From Polyangiales bacterium (GTDB lineage Bacteria > Myxococcota_A > Polyangia > Polyangiales > Polyangiaceae): a DNA stretch of 64,000 bases. Made by a program: the position numbers and the translations under genes. The notes beneath the pieces were generated by a model. It had not been told where the DNA came from. It made no database searches and was given only the letters and a program-made list of their open reading frames with translations. Shown here one piece after another: positions 23,979 to 33,465 of the stretch. The stretch is from contig JBBRLQ010000005.1 in the NCBI GenBank assembly GCA_038231275.1, forward strand, positions 64,001 through 128,000. The letters are read 5' to 3'. Within the stretch, counting starts at the first letter, position 1, and every line of letters starts with the position of its first letter.

Positions 23979-26102
23979 TCACTTCGCGGCGGTCACCGGC
24001 GACGGCGGCTTTACGCCGACGCTTTCCAATACCTCCCTCGCCGGAAACACGACGCCGCCGCGCATCGTGGAGACGACGTTGCGAACGTCCCCGATGCGCG
24101 CGAGCGGATCGCCGTCGACGACCACGAGGTCGGCGTCCTTGCCCACCGCGATCGAGCCGCTCTTTTTGTCTCGCCTCATCTCGCGCGCCGGCACGATCGT
24201 CGCGCTGCGCAGCGCTTCGGCGGGCGAGAGGCCCGCGTGCACGAAGAGCTCGAGCTCGCGATGGAGCGACAGGCCCGCGAGCGCGTCGGTCCCTGCCACG
24301 ACCGTCACCTTCGCGTCGCGCAGCGCCTTCACCGTCGCGATGACGTGCTCCCACGACTCCTGGCGCGCTTGCTCCTTGCCCTCGGGGATCGGCAGCCCTC
24401 CCATCAAGAAGTAGCGCTGCGTCTGAACCGGCAAGCGCGCGACGAGCCACTCGCTGCCCGGCGTGATCTTGCCGGGCACGCCGCCGAGTGTCGATTCGAA
24501 GGCGACGAGCGTCGGGTCGATGACCGTCTTCTTCTCACGGAGGAGCGCGAAGAAGTCCTGCACGGGCTTCCCCTTCAGGTCCACCGTCGTCGCCTTGTCG
24601 GCCACGATCGAAAAGCGCGCGGTGGTGCGCGTGTCGGTCTCGTGATCGGCGAGAAAGTTGAGGAACACCATGTTGATGTGCTCGATGCCGTCGTAGCCGG
24701 CGCGCACCGCCTCGTTCGCGAGCATGTGGACCGGGATGTGCCCGATGACCTGCATGCTGCGCGCGTGCGCCTCCTTCGCGAGGATCGGGACGAGCTCGGG
24801 CTTGATCGAGTTGTAGATCTTGATCCCCTCGTACCCGCGCTTGGAGAAGAACTCGACCGCCGCCTTCGCTTCGGCCTCGGTCTCGGCGGTCACCGTCGAC
24901 GACGCCGCCTTCTCGCCGCGCCCCTCGATGAAACCGAAGCGGAGGAGGCGCGGCCCCACCGCGGTCCCATCGTCGTAGCGCTTCTTCCAGTCGTCCAGCT
25001 TGTCGGGATCGTTGCCGACGTCGCGCGCGGTGGTGACGCCGGAGCCTATGTTCAGCGCGCCATCCGGATCGCCGACGTGCGCATGCATGTCCCAGAGCCC
25101 TGGGAGCAGGGCTTTTCCGGCGAGGTCCACGATCTCGGCACCGGCGGGCGGCTTGGCAGCAGCCGAGGGGCCGATCGAAAGGATCGCTCCCCTCGCGACG
25201 ACGACGGTCTGATCTGTGAGCCACGCGCCCTTCTCGACATCCAAGACGCGCGCGTGGACGTACGCCAGCCCCGCGGCCGGCGGGAGATGGGCCGTCGCCT
25301 TCGCGACCTTCACGTCCCGTTCCTTGTCGATCTGGTTTTGGCGCTGCTGGAGCGGCTCGATGACGCTCTCCCATCCCTCGGGAACCAGGGAAAACCAGGG
25401 CGATACGACGCCGAACCACGTTCCGTCGTCGTTCATCCAGATGTACTGCGGGATGAGCTCGAGGCCGCGGATCGCGTAGTTGGTGAGGTGCCGCTCCTCG
25501 GCGCCGACCTTGACCGTCGCGTCGCCGACCTTCTCGACGCGCGCGGTGCCCGAGGGCAAGACCGGGATCGTGCCGCCGGCCTTGAGGGCGGCCTGGGCAA
25601 GCAGGCCGAACGCGGACTGGACCTCCGCGATGGGGACGAAGAAGGCGGGCCCCGTCACCTCGCGGTCGCCGGACTCCTCGTGGCTCTTCCAGCGTGCGCG
25701 TGTCCCCTCGCGCGTGAACGTTTCGTCGGCGGCGGTGCCGAACTCGTGGTGCCCATGCGCATCGAGCGACGCGATTGTCCCGTCCGGCGCGAGCTTCAGC
25801 GTGGACTCGACGTGCGCGCCCCGGCCGTTCTGCATGACGTCGAAGACTTCGTGGAGCGTGCCGTCCGGGTCGCGCACTGTGGTGCACGTTCCGGACTTGC
25901 GCGAGAGCGAGACGACGATGCGCTTGCTCGTGATCGGCGTCGCGGATCCCGCCGCGCTGGCGGTCGGGGACATGCCGGTCCCGCTCGGGATCGTCGTCGG
26001 CGTTGGCGTGATCGGAGGCGGGCCCTCACCCCCGCACGACGCCGCGCCGAGCGCGGTGGTGACAGCCAGGACGAGCACGAGCGAGGCGGCCTTGGTGCGC
26101 AT
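23979..26102 (-). CDS. Secreted amidohydrolase family lipoprotein
   Basis: 'LLPGLWDMHAH', 'IKIY', 'GIEH', 'AGTDA', 'GSIAVGKDADLVVVDGDP'; lipobox 'AASC'. Confidence 0.88.
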   Translation of the reverse strand: MRTKAASLVLVLAVTTALGAASCGGEGPPPITPTPTTIPSGTGMSPTASAAGSATPITSKRIVVSLSRKSGTCTTVRDPDGTLHEVFDVMQNGRGAHVESTLKLAPDGTIASLDAHGHHEFGTAADETFTREGTRARWKSHEESGDREVTGPAFFVPIAEVQSAFGLLAQAALKAGGTIPVLPSGTARVEKVGDATVKVGAEERHLTNYAIRGLELIPQYIWMNDDGTWFGVVSPWFSLVPEGWESVIEPLQQRQNQIDKERDVKVAKATAHLPPAAGLAYVHARVLDVEKGAWLTDQTVVVARGAILSIGPSAAAKPPAGAEIVDLAGKALLPGLWDMHAHVGDPDGALNIGSGVTTARDVGNDPDKLDDWKKRYDDGTAVGPRLLRFGFIEGRGEKAASSTVTAETEAEAKAAVEFFSKRGYEGIKIYNSIKPELVPILAKEAHARSMQVIGHIPVHMLANEAVRAGYDGIEHINMVFLNFLADHETDTRTTARFSIVADKATTVDLKGKPVQDFFALLREKKTVIDPTLVAFESTLGGVPGKITPGSEWLVARLPVQTQRYFLMGGLPIPEGKEQARQESWEHVIATVKALRDAKVTVVAGTDALAGLSLHRELELFVHAGLSPAEALRSATIVPAREMRRDKKSGSIAVGKDADLVVVDGDPLARIGDVRNVVSTMRGGVVFPAREVLESVGVKPPSPVTAAK

Positions 26103-26165
26103 GCGCGGCAGCATACCCGAGACGCGAGGAGCCGCCGCGCCGCCGCGCGAGACCGTGCGCCCGCG

Positions 26166-27005
26166 CTACTTCACGAGCGCGTCGTGCATGATCAAGTAAA
26201 TCGACGGATCGTAAAACGTCTGGAAGTGATCGACGAACCCGTCGCACAGACCGATGTTGGTCGCGCCGGGGACGATCGACGTGCTGACGGGACGGATGTA
26301 CTCGTCGGTGCACGTGTAGATCGACGTCATGGGCACGCTCTTGGGGAGCGGCACGCCGTTGACCGCCTTCAAGAACGCGCTGCCCGGGGAGAGATCGTAG
26401 AGCGCGGGCCACCCGGCGATCACCGCGGCGATGGGCGCCTTCGCGATCCCGTGCTGGGGCGAAACGAAGGTGACGAGGCGCGACACGTTCTTGTCGCCGC
26501 CCAGCGACTGGATGTAGTGACGCGCGATGAGGCCGCCCGTGCACTCGGCGAGGATGTCGATCTTGTCCTGCCCACTCTCGGCCTTCACGCGCGCGACGAC
26601 GTCGCCGAGGTCCTTCGAGTTCTGGAAGAGGCTGCCGCTGAGGAGAGCCGGCGGCTCGTACACGACCGGTCGAAATCCGTCGCGCGTCAGGCGGGCGACG
26701 ATGGGGTCGAACCACTTGGCCGGGATCGTCACGCCGGTGATGAGGAGGACGGTGCGCGGCTCGGCGAGCGGCGTCGGGCCGGGCTCGAGCGTGCCGACGA
26801 CGAGCTTGTCGGCGTACGCGTGCAAGACCTTGTCGCCCCAGTAGTACGGCGAGCGGATGTCCTTCGCGCTGGCGTGAAACACCGTCTCGGCCTCGCCGAT
26901 GGTCTGCGGCCCGTCGGACTCCGACTCCGCGCTCTCCGGTGCGGAGGCGCATCCAACGGCGGCGGCGGCGACGAAAAGAAGGCTCGAACCCAGGTTTTTG
27001 AGCAT
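26166..27005 (-). CDS. Lipase class 2-like alpha/beta hydrolase lipoprotein with Cys at the nucleophile position
   Basis: 'KIDILAECTGGLIARHY' aligns with family 'VDIVAHSxGGLxARYY'; 'SPQHG', 'TDEYI', 'VDHF'; lipobox 'AVGC'. Confidence 0.8.
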   Translation of the reverse strand: MLKNLGSSLLFVAAAAVGCASAPESAESESDGPQTIGEAETVFHASAKDIRSPYYWGDKVLHAYADKLVVGTLEPGPTPLAEPRTVLLITGVTIPAKWFDPIVARLTRDGFRPVVYEPPALLSGSLFQNSKDLGDVVARVKAESGQDKIDILAECTGGLIARHYIQSLGGDKNVSRLVTFVSPQHGIAKAPIAAVIAGWPALYDLSPGSAFLKAVNGVPLPKSVPMTSIYTCTDEYIRPVSTSIVPGATNIGLCDGFVDHFQTFYDPSIYLIMHDALVK

Positions 27006-27044
27006 GACGTTTTCCTTGGCGAAGGTCAGCATTGAATTATCGAC

Positions 27045-27138
27045 TGAACGTTCATTCCTAGTACCGAAATGAAGACCGTCAAGCTCAATTTGTGCTGATT
27101 GTGCGATTGACTTCACCGTTCATCAAACGAATATTCAA
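27045..27138. promoter_or_regulatory. Divergent promoter region with two related palindromes (putative TetR operators)
   Basis: TGAACGTTCA (27045-27054) and cGAATATTCa (about 27129-27138) in an AT-rich gap between the hydrolase and tetR. Confidence 0.55.
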
Positions 27139-27148
27139 TCGAATCAAG

Positions 27149-27748
27149 ATGGTTCGAGCTACACGAGGACGGCCCCCGACGACGCCCGATCGGCGCGAGG
27201 AGATCATTGAGGCGGCGCTCCAGTGCTTCGTCGACCGCGGCTTCCACGGGACGGCCATGCCCCAGATCGCCGAGCGCGCCGGCACCGCGTCGGGGACGAT
27301 TTACCATTACTTCCCCAGCAAGGAGGCGCTGGTGAACGCCCTCTACCGCAAGTGGAAGGGCGAGGTGTCGAAGCGCGTGCTCACGGCGTTCCCGCAAGGC
27401 GCGCCGGTGCGCGAGCAGTTCTCGACGATGTGGCGGGAGATGGTCGCGTTCTTCTTGGAGCACCCGGCGGCGTTCGTCTTCTTGGAGCTCCACAGCCACA
27501 CCTCGTACCTCGACGCGGAGAGCGTGGCGGTGGACCGCGGGCTGAAGGAGTTCGGCGCGATGATGGTGAGGCCGGCGCAGGAGCAAGGGCTCCTGAAGCA
27601 GGCGAACCCACTCCTCTTGATGGAGCTCGTCTTCGGCGCGTTCAACGGCATGATGCGCGCGCACTGGGAGCGGCGCATCGAGCTGACACCCGAGGTCATC
27701 ACGCTGGCCGAGCAAGCGTGCTGGGACACCGTCGCCGTTCACCCATGA
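27149..27748 (+). CDS. TetR/AcrR family regulator
   Basis: 'IIEAALQCFVDRGFHGTAMPQIAERAGTASGTIYHYFPSKEAL'. Confidence 0.93.
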   Translation: MVRATRGRPPTTPDRREEIIEAALQCFVDRGFHGTAMPQIAERAGTASGTIYHYFPSKEALVNALYRKWKGEVSKRVLTAFPQGAPVREQFSTMWREMVAFFLEHPAAFVFLELHSHTSYLDAESVAVDRGLKEFGAMMVRPAQEQGLLKQANPLLLMELVFGAFNGMMRAHWERRIELTPEVITLAEQACWDTVAVHP

Positions 27749-29190
27749 GCGCGCCTCGTTCGCTCGTTCGCGTGGGGCTGCGGGCCGCCCTCCTCGTCAT
27801 GTCGGCCGCCGGCTGCCAACGCTGCACGAGTTCCGCTCCGCCCGGCGCGAGCGGTGAGGCGGGACTCGTTTCGCCGGACTTTCCCGAGCCCGTCGTACTC
27901 GCCGACAAGCAGCCGGCGCCATCTGCCGTCGCGGTCGACGAATCATTCGTCTACTGGAACAACGTCGGCGCCGGCGTCGTGAGCAAAGCGCCGAAAGGGG
28001 GCGGACCAATTACTAAGCTCTACGAAAGTGCGAGCCCGTTCGGAGGTCGTTCGATCGCGCTCGACCGCGACGCCGTCTACTTCGACGAAGCCTTCATGAT
28101 CAAGCGAGTGCCGAAGGCGGGAGGGCCGGTCACGAACGTCGGTCACGTGCCGCAAATTCCGGTGTGGATGACGGCAGACGACGATGGAGTCTACGCAGCT
28201 TCCGACACCGTGCTGAGGTTCGCGAAGGACGGGAGCTCGAGCACGAGTCTCTCGAGCGTGGAAGAGACGTGGGCTGTCGCGAGCGACGTGACGCATGTCT
28301 ATTGGGTCGCTCGCGACGGAGTGCGGCGCGCCGCGAAGAACGGTGGCCGCGTCGAGACGCTCGCCCGAGGAACGTTCCGTTTTTGCAAAATGGCGCTCTC
28401 GGACACGGAGGTTTTTTGGGGCGATGCCGTGCTCGAAGCCGTCTTCGCGGTCCCCAAGGCGGGCGGTCGCGCGCGTCTCGTGGCGCACGCGTGGGACATC
28501 GCTTCGAAGCGCCTGGTGGTGGACGCGCGCGCCGTCTGGGTACTGCAGAGCGGTGGCAGGCTCGAGCGGATCGACGCGATGCGCGGCACCGTCACCGTCG
28601 TCGCCGTTTCGCTAGCACGGGGCGGCTCGGCCGATCAGGACTTCGGGCTCGCGCTCTCGGGCGAAGACGCGTTCGTCGCCGCGGGCGGCACCGATGTGGT
28701 CGGTGCGGGCCCGGTGCACATCGACCTCACCGGCAGTGGCGATGCCGCATTTCCCACAATGACGCACGGCGGCCAAGTTCTCCGCGTCGCGACCGCGATT
28801 CCTCCCGGCGCGATCACCAAGAGCGAGAGCGCGCTCGAGATCGCGCGCGTTTGGTTCCAGGGCACGAGCGCCGTGGCTCAGGACCTCGGAAACGCAACAC
28901 GCTGGATCGGCAAGCTCGACGCAGCCGTCGTCCCTGACGTGAGAGCGGGACGGCTCGGCGTGACCCTCTTGGCCTTCGTCGGAGACGGCGTCGGTGAGGA
29001 TGTCGCTCGCGCCCGCGCGAAGATCGTCGAGGACGCCATCGTCGCCCAGCTCGGCGCTCGCGCTCGCGTCGCGACGACCACCCCGCAGGTAAGCGGCTAC
29101 CGCGGCGACGTGCAGGTCACGCTCGATCAAAACGATCTCGCGACGCTCATGGCCCCGCCACCCGAGCGGCGTGACGCCGGATCGAAATGA
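27745..29190 (+). CDS. Lipoprotein with beta-propeller repeats (DUF5050-like) and possible degenerate OmpA-like C-terminus
   Basis: Repeats 'AVDESFVYW', 'ALDRDAVYF', 'ASDVTHVYW' and 'PKAGG'; ATGA overlap with tetR. Confidence 0.65.
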   Translation: MSAPRSLVRVGLRAALLVMSAAGCQRCTSSAPPGASGEAGLVSPDFPEPVVLADKQPAPSAVAVDESFVYWNNVGAGVVSKAPKGGGPITKLYESASPFGGRSIALDRDAVYFDEAFMIKRVPKAGGPVTNVGHVPQIPVWMTADDDGVYAASDTVLRFAKDGSSSTSLSSVEETWAVASDVTHVYWVARDGVRRAAKNGGRVETLARGTFRFCKMALSDTEVFWGDAVLEAVFAVPKAGGRARLVAHAWDIASKRLVVDARAVWVLQSGGRLERIDAMRGTVTVVAVSLARGGSADQDFGLALSGEDAFVAAGGTDVVGAGPVHIDLTGSGDAAFPTMTHGGQVLRVATAIPPGAITKSESALEIARVWFQGTSAVAQDLGNATRWIGKLDAAVVPDVRAGRLGVTLLAFVGDGVGEDVARARAKIVEDAIVAQLGARARVATTTPQVSGYRGDVQVTLDQNDLATLMAPPPERRDAGSK

Positions 29191-29208
29191 GCGATTCGCG
29201 AGCTCGCG

Positions 29209-30726
29209 TCAGCCGCGGAGACGCGCGCGGTGCTGAGCGACCCATGGCGAGAGGCGCGAGCCGGTCTCGCCGGTGGTCGCGTCCTTCGCGCCCGCGGCTC
29301 GTTCGAGTCGGGCGGCGGCGAGCGCGACGGCGACCGCGATCTTCTCGCGATCCTCTGCCGGTACCGTGGGGTAGCCGAGGAGCTGCTCTTTGTTCCGCTC
29401 GAGGAACCCCGTGTCGTACCGGCCGGCGACGAACTCCGGGTGCTCGAAGAGCTTGGAGTGGAACGCGAGGTTCGTGCGGATGCCAGTGACCACGTACTCG
29501 CCGAGCGCGCGGCGCATGCGCTCGACGGCGCGCGCGCGCGTGGGGGCCCACACGCTGAGCTTGGAGATGAGCGGATCGTAGAAGCTCGAGATCGAGCAGC
29601 CGGGGTAGGCGCCGCCGTCGTCGCGAACGCCGGGGCCGGCGGGGACGACGAGGCTCTCGATGGTGCCGGGCGAGGGCAAAAATCCGCTCGCCGGGTCCTC
29701 CGCGTAGACGCGGCACTCGATGGCGGCGCCGCGCGCGACCAGATCGTCCTGCGCGAACGAGAGCTTCTCGCCCTGCGCGACGAGCACCATCTCGCGCACC
29801 AGATCGAGGCCGGTCACGAGCTCGGTGACGGGGTGCTCGACTTGGAGGCGCGTGTTCATCTCGAGGAAATAGAAGCTGCCGTCCTCGGCGAGGAGGAACT
29901 CGAACGTCCCGGCGGAGTGGTAGCCGACGGCCTTTGCGCCTTGCACGGCGATCGCGCCCATCTTCGCGACGAGCTCGCGCGAGGCGGCAGGCGACGGCGT
30001 CTCCTCGACGACCTTCTGGTTGCGCCGCTGGATGGAGCAGTCGCGCTCGAAGACGTGAACCAAGTTGCCCTCGCGATCGCCGAGGACCTGGATCTCGACG
30101 TGGCGCGGCTTCTGGATCGCCTTTTCGAGGTAGACGGTGTCGTCGCCGAAGAACTTCTTCGCCTCGCTGCGCGCGCGTTCCCAGGCGTTGGCCATCTCGC
30201 TCGCGGCGTTCACGAGGCGCATGCCCTTGCCGCCGCCGCCGCTCGACGCCTTCAGCATCACCGGGAAGCCGATCTTGGTGGCCGCGGCGATCGCCTCGTC
30301 GCTCGTGTCGCACGTCGCGCCGGGCACGATGGGGACGCCGGCGTCGCTCATGCGCGCGCGAGCTGCGGTCTTGCTGCCCATCTGGCGCATCGCGGAGGCG
30401 GGCGGGCCGATGAACGCAATGCCGGCCTTCTCGCACGCCTCGGGCAGCGCGGGGTTCTCGCTGAGGAAGCCGTAGCCGGGGTGGATGCCGTCGCAGCCGG
30501 CCTTCTTGGCGGCGGCGATGATCTTGTCGACACGGAGGTAGCTCTCGGCGGCGGGCGCGGGTCCGAGCAGGTACGCCTCGTCGCAGACGCGGACATGGAG
30601 CGCCGCGCGATCGGCCTCCGAGTAGACCGCGACCGCGCCGAGGCCCATCTCGTGGAGGGTGCGTGCGACGCGCACGGCGATCTCGCCGCGGTTGGCGATG
30701 AGGACCTTCTTCCAGGGTCGAGCCAT
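29209..30726 (-). CDS. accC: Biotin carboxylase subunit of acetyl/propionyl-CoA carboxylase
   Basis: 'KVLIANRGEIAVR', 'HPGYGFLSEN', 'GGGGKGMR', 'ERDCSIQRR', 'EMNTRLQVEHPVTE'. Confidence 0.95.
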   Translation of the reverse strand: MARPWKKVLIANRGEIAVRVARTLHEMGLGAVAVYSEADRAALHVRVCDEAYLLGPAPAAESYLRVDKIIAAAKKAGCDGIHPGYGFLSENPALPEACEKAGIAFIGPPASAMRQMGSKTAARARMSDAGVPIVPGATCDTSDEAIAAATKIGFPVMLKASSGGGGKGMRLVNAASEMANAWERARSEAKKFFGDDTVYLEKAIQKPRHVEIQVLGDREGNLVHVFERDCSIQRRNQKVVEETPSPAASRELVAKMGAIAVQGAKAVGYHSAGTFEFLLAEDGSFYFLEMNTRLQVEHPVTELVTGLDLVREMVLVAQGEKLSFAQDDLVARGAAIECRVYAEDPASGFLPSPGTIESLVVPAGPGVRDDGGAYPGCSISSFYDPLISKLSVWAPTRARAVERMRRALGEYVVTGIRTNLAFHSKLFEHPEFVAGRYDTGFLERNKEQLLGYPTVPAEDREKIAVAVALAAARLERAAGAKDATTGETGSRLSPWVAQHRARLRG

Positions 30727-30784
30727 GCCCCCTCGATACCACGAAAGGCCGCCGGATCGCGCGACGGTGCGCGACGGTGTTACC

Positions 30785-31252
30785 GTGATCTCCGTGCTCC
30801 GTTCGCTCGTGATCGCGCTCGTCCTCGTGACCCCGCGGATGGCCGCGGCGCAAGGGGCCCCGCACACGCGCGCGTCGTGCCCTGAGGGCTCGCTCCTCTC
30901 GTCGCCGCCGGACGGACGTGAGGTCTGCGCGCCGCTGAACTGCGCGTCCGACGTGGACTGTGGACCAGGTCGCGTCTGCCGCGATCTCTCGCTGTGCGTC
31001 GAGACGCCGATGGGCTCGACCACGAAATCCGCGGTGTCTGCCTGCGAATCGAGTGCAAAATGCACGTATCCGGCGGAGTGCGACGAGACGAGCAAGCGAT
31101 GCGTCCGCGCGGGGCTCGTCGAGCGGTACCGGACCTCGTGCGGGTGCGCAGTGCCGGGGCTCGGTGGAGAAGGCGGGCTCGCGGGGTCGTGCGCGCTGGG
31201 GGTGGCCACGTTGCTCGTCCACCGTCGCGCGCGAAGGCGACGTGGAGTATGA
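30785..31252 (+). CDS. Small Cys-rich secreted protein with MYXO-CTERM sorting signal
   Basis: Signal peptide, 'CASDVDCGPGRVC', C-terminal 'SCGCAVPG...hydrophobic...RRARRRR'. Confidence 0.72.
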   Translation: MISVLRSLVIALVLVTPRMAAAQGAPHTRASCPEGSLLSSPPDGREVCAPLNCASDVDCGPGRVCRDLSLCVETPMGSTTKSAVSACESSAKCTYPAECDETSKRCVRAGLVERYRTSCGCAVPGLGGEGGLAGSCALGVATLLVHRRARRRRGV

Positions 31253-32684
31253 CCAGGACGTGGCCGATCGGGATCGCGACCGGAACCTGACGCTAGATTT
31301 CGCGGCGCCGCCTCCTCCGGAGCCGAAGCCCGTGGTCGCGGAGCCGCGGCCCTTCGTAGCCCCACCTCCGCCGGTCGTCGCGGAGGCACCGGAGCCGAAG
31401 GCGCCCGAGCCGAAGCCGGAGCCGCCGCGTGCGCTCACCGTTGCCGAGCTCGATCGCGCGATCAAGGGCTCGCTCGACGAGACGTTCATTCGCGCCGTGT
31501 GGGTGTGCGGAGAGGTCACCGGCGCGCGACCGGCGTCGAGCGGCCACCTGTACTTTTCGCTCAAGGACGAGGAGGAGGACGCGTCGATCGACGTCGTCAT
31601 GTACAAGACGAACGTTTCGCCGCGGGCGCGCACGCTCGTGAAAGACGGCGCGCGCATCCGCGTGCGGGGTCGGCCGACGTTCTGGGCGCCGCGCGGCAAG
31701 CTCCAGATGATCTGCGATCGCGCCGACGCGGTGGGGCGCGGCGCGCTGCTCGAGGCGCTCGAGAAGCTGAAGGCCAAGCTCGCGGCCGAGGGGCTCTTCG
31801 CCCCCGAGCGAAAGCGGCCGCTGCCCGCCGAGCCGCGCACAGTCGGTGTCGTGTCGAGCGCGACCGGCGCGGTCATCCACGACATCTGCAAGGTCGCGTT
31901 CCGGCGCGGCGGCGCGCGCGTGCTGCTGGCGCCCGCGGTCGTTCAGGGCGACGGCGCGCCCGAGTCGATCCGCCGCGCGCTCGCGATGCTCCAGCGTGTG
32001 CGCGACGTGGACGTCATCCTCGTCGCGCGTGGCGGTGGGTCGGCCGACGAGCTCATGGCGTTCAACGACGAGGCGCTCGTGCGCGCCGTCGCGTCGTGCC
32101 GCGTGCCCGTGGTCAGCGCGGTGGGCCACGAGGTGGACGTCACGCTCTGCGATTTCGCGGCCGATCAGCGCGCCGCCACGCCGTCGCAAGCGGCGGAGAT
32201 GGCGGTCCCCGATACGAGGGCGCGCCGAACGCTGCTGGGCGAGCGCAAAAATAGGCTCCTCAGGGCCATGCGCGCGCAGATCGCCGACGACCAGCAGACG
32301 AAAGACGATCGCGCGACGCGCCTCGCTGCCGCCGTGCACCGCACGCTTGCGCGAAGGAAGGAGAGCGGCCACGCGGTCACCGTGCGCCTCGCCGCGCTCC
32401 ACCCCCGCGCAGTCATCTCGCGCGAGCGCGCCGACGTGGTGCGGATGGAGCACCGCATCGCCAGCGCCGCGCGCGCGCTCCTCGCCCGTCGCGCGTCGTC
32501 GAACGGCTCGCTCGCCGCGCGCCTCGACGCCATGAGCCCGCTCAAGGTGCTGGGCCGCGGCTACGCCATCGCCACGCGCGCGGACGGTCGGGCAATCCGC
32601 TCGCCGGCCGACGTGGACGACGGCGCGCGCATCGCGGTTCGGGTCGACGGCGGAGAGATCGTGGCGGACGTGGTGAAGTCGTGA
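31242..32684 (+). CDS. xseA: Exodeoxyribonuclease VII large subunit
   Basis: 'VWVCGEV', 'SGHLYFSLKD', 'ARGGGS', 'SAVGHEVD', 'ATPSQAAE', 'SPLKVLGRGY'; Pro-rich N-terminal extension. Confidence 0.95.
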   Translation: MEYDQDVADRDRDRNLTLDFAAPPPPEPKPVVAEPRPFVAPPPPVVAEAPEPKAPEPKPEPPRALTVAELDRAIKGSLDETFIRAVWVCGEVTGARPASSGHLYFSLKDEEEDASIDVVMYKTNVSPRARTLVKDGARIRVRGRPTFWAPRGKLQMICDRADAVGRGALLEALEKLKAKLAAEGLFAPERKRPLPAEPRTVGVVSSATGAVIHDICKVAFRRGGARVLLAPAVVQGDGAPESIRRALAMLQRVRDVDVILVARGGGSADELMAFNDEALVRAVASCRVPVVSAVGHEVDVTLCDFAADQRAATPSQAAEMAVPDTRARRTLLGERKNRLLRAMRAQIADDQQTKDDRATRLAAAVHRTLARRKESGHAVTVRLAALHPRAVISRERADVVRMEHRIASAARALLARRASSNGSLAARLDAMSPLKVLGRGYAIATRADGRAIRSPADVDDGARIAVRVDGGEIVADVVKS

Positions 32685-33442
32685 AATTCGCGGTCGTGGG
32701 CGACAAGGTCGCCCACTCCAAGAGCCCGCGCATGCACGCGGCGGCGTACGCGGCGCTCGGGATGGATCACACGTACGAGGCGATCCGCGCGACGGCCGCC
32801 GAGCTGCCCGCGGTCGTCGCGCGGTTGCGGGCGGGTGAGCTCGGGGGGATGAACGTGACGGTGCCCCACAAGGTCCGCGTCCTCGATCTCGTCGACGTCG
32901 TCGCGCCCAGCGCCGCCGCGGTCGGCGCCGCGAATACGCTGGTGCGCGACGCCGGCGGGCGCATCACCGCGCACAACACCGACGTCCCCGCGCTCGCCGC
33001 CGAGCTCGCGCTCCTCGGTCCTCCTGCGGGCGCAGCGCTGGTCCTCGGCACCGGCGGAGCGAGCCGCGCAGCGGTGACGGCGCTTCGTGACCACCTTCGC
33101 GTCGCGCGCGTCACCGTCCGAGGTCGTCCCCTCGTTTCTGACTCCGCGATCGAGAGGGACGTCGCCATCGTCGTCCAAACGACCAGCTGCGGAATGACCG
33201 GCGCCGATCCCGGCGAGATCGTCCGTGACGCCGTCGCATGGGACGCGTTGGCTGCCGGGGCCGTCGTCCTCGACGTGGTGTACGCGCCCGAGGAGACGCC
33301 GCTCCTCGCCGAAGCGCGCCGCCGTGGCCACCCCGCCGCGAACGGCCTCGGCATGCTCGCGCGCCAAGGAGCGCTCGCCTTCGAGCTCTGGCTCGGCGTC
33401 CCCGCTCCGCTCGCCGCGATGGCCGCGTCCCTGGGCGCGTAG
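32681..33442 (+). CDS. aroE: Shikimate dehydrogenase
   Basis: 'HSKSPRMH', 'NVTVPHK', 'GAANT', 'NTD', 'LGTGGA', 'GLGMLARQG'. Confidence 0.93.
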   Translation: MKFAVVGDKVAHSKSPRMHAAAYAALGMDHTYEAIRATAAELPAVVARLRAGELGGMNVTVPHKVRVLDLVDVVAPSAAAVGAANTLVRDAGGRITAHNTDVPALAAELALLGPPAGAALVLGTGGASRAAVTALRDHLRVARVTVRGRPLVSDSAIERDVAIVVQTTSCGMTGADPGEIVRDAVAWDALAAGAVVLDVVYAPEETPLLAEARRRGHPAANGLGMLARQGALAFELWLGVPAPLAAMAASLGA

Positions 33443-33465
33443 TTCGGAGTGGTGTACCTGGGACC

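Noticed and set aside
29209-31389. 726-aa version of accC suggesting an extra domain
   Set aside because: The extension overlaps the MYXO-CTERM gene and xseA on the opposite strand; biotin carboxylase starts at MARPWKK (30726).
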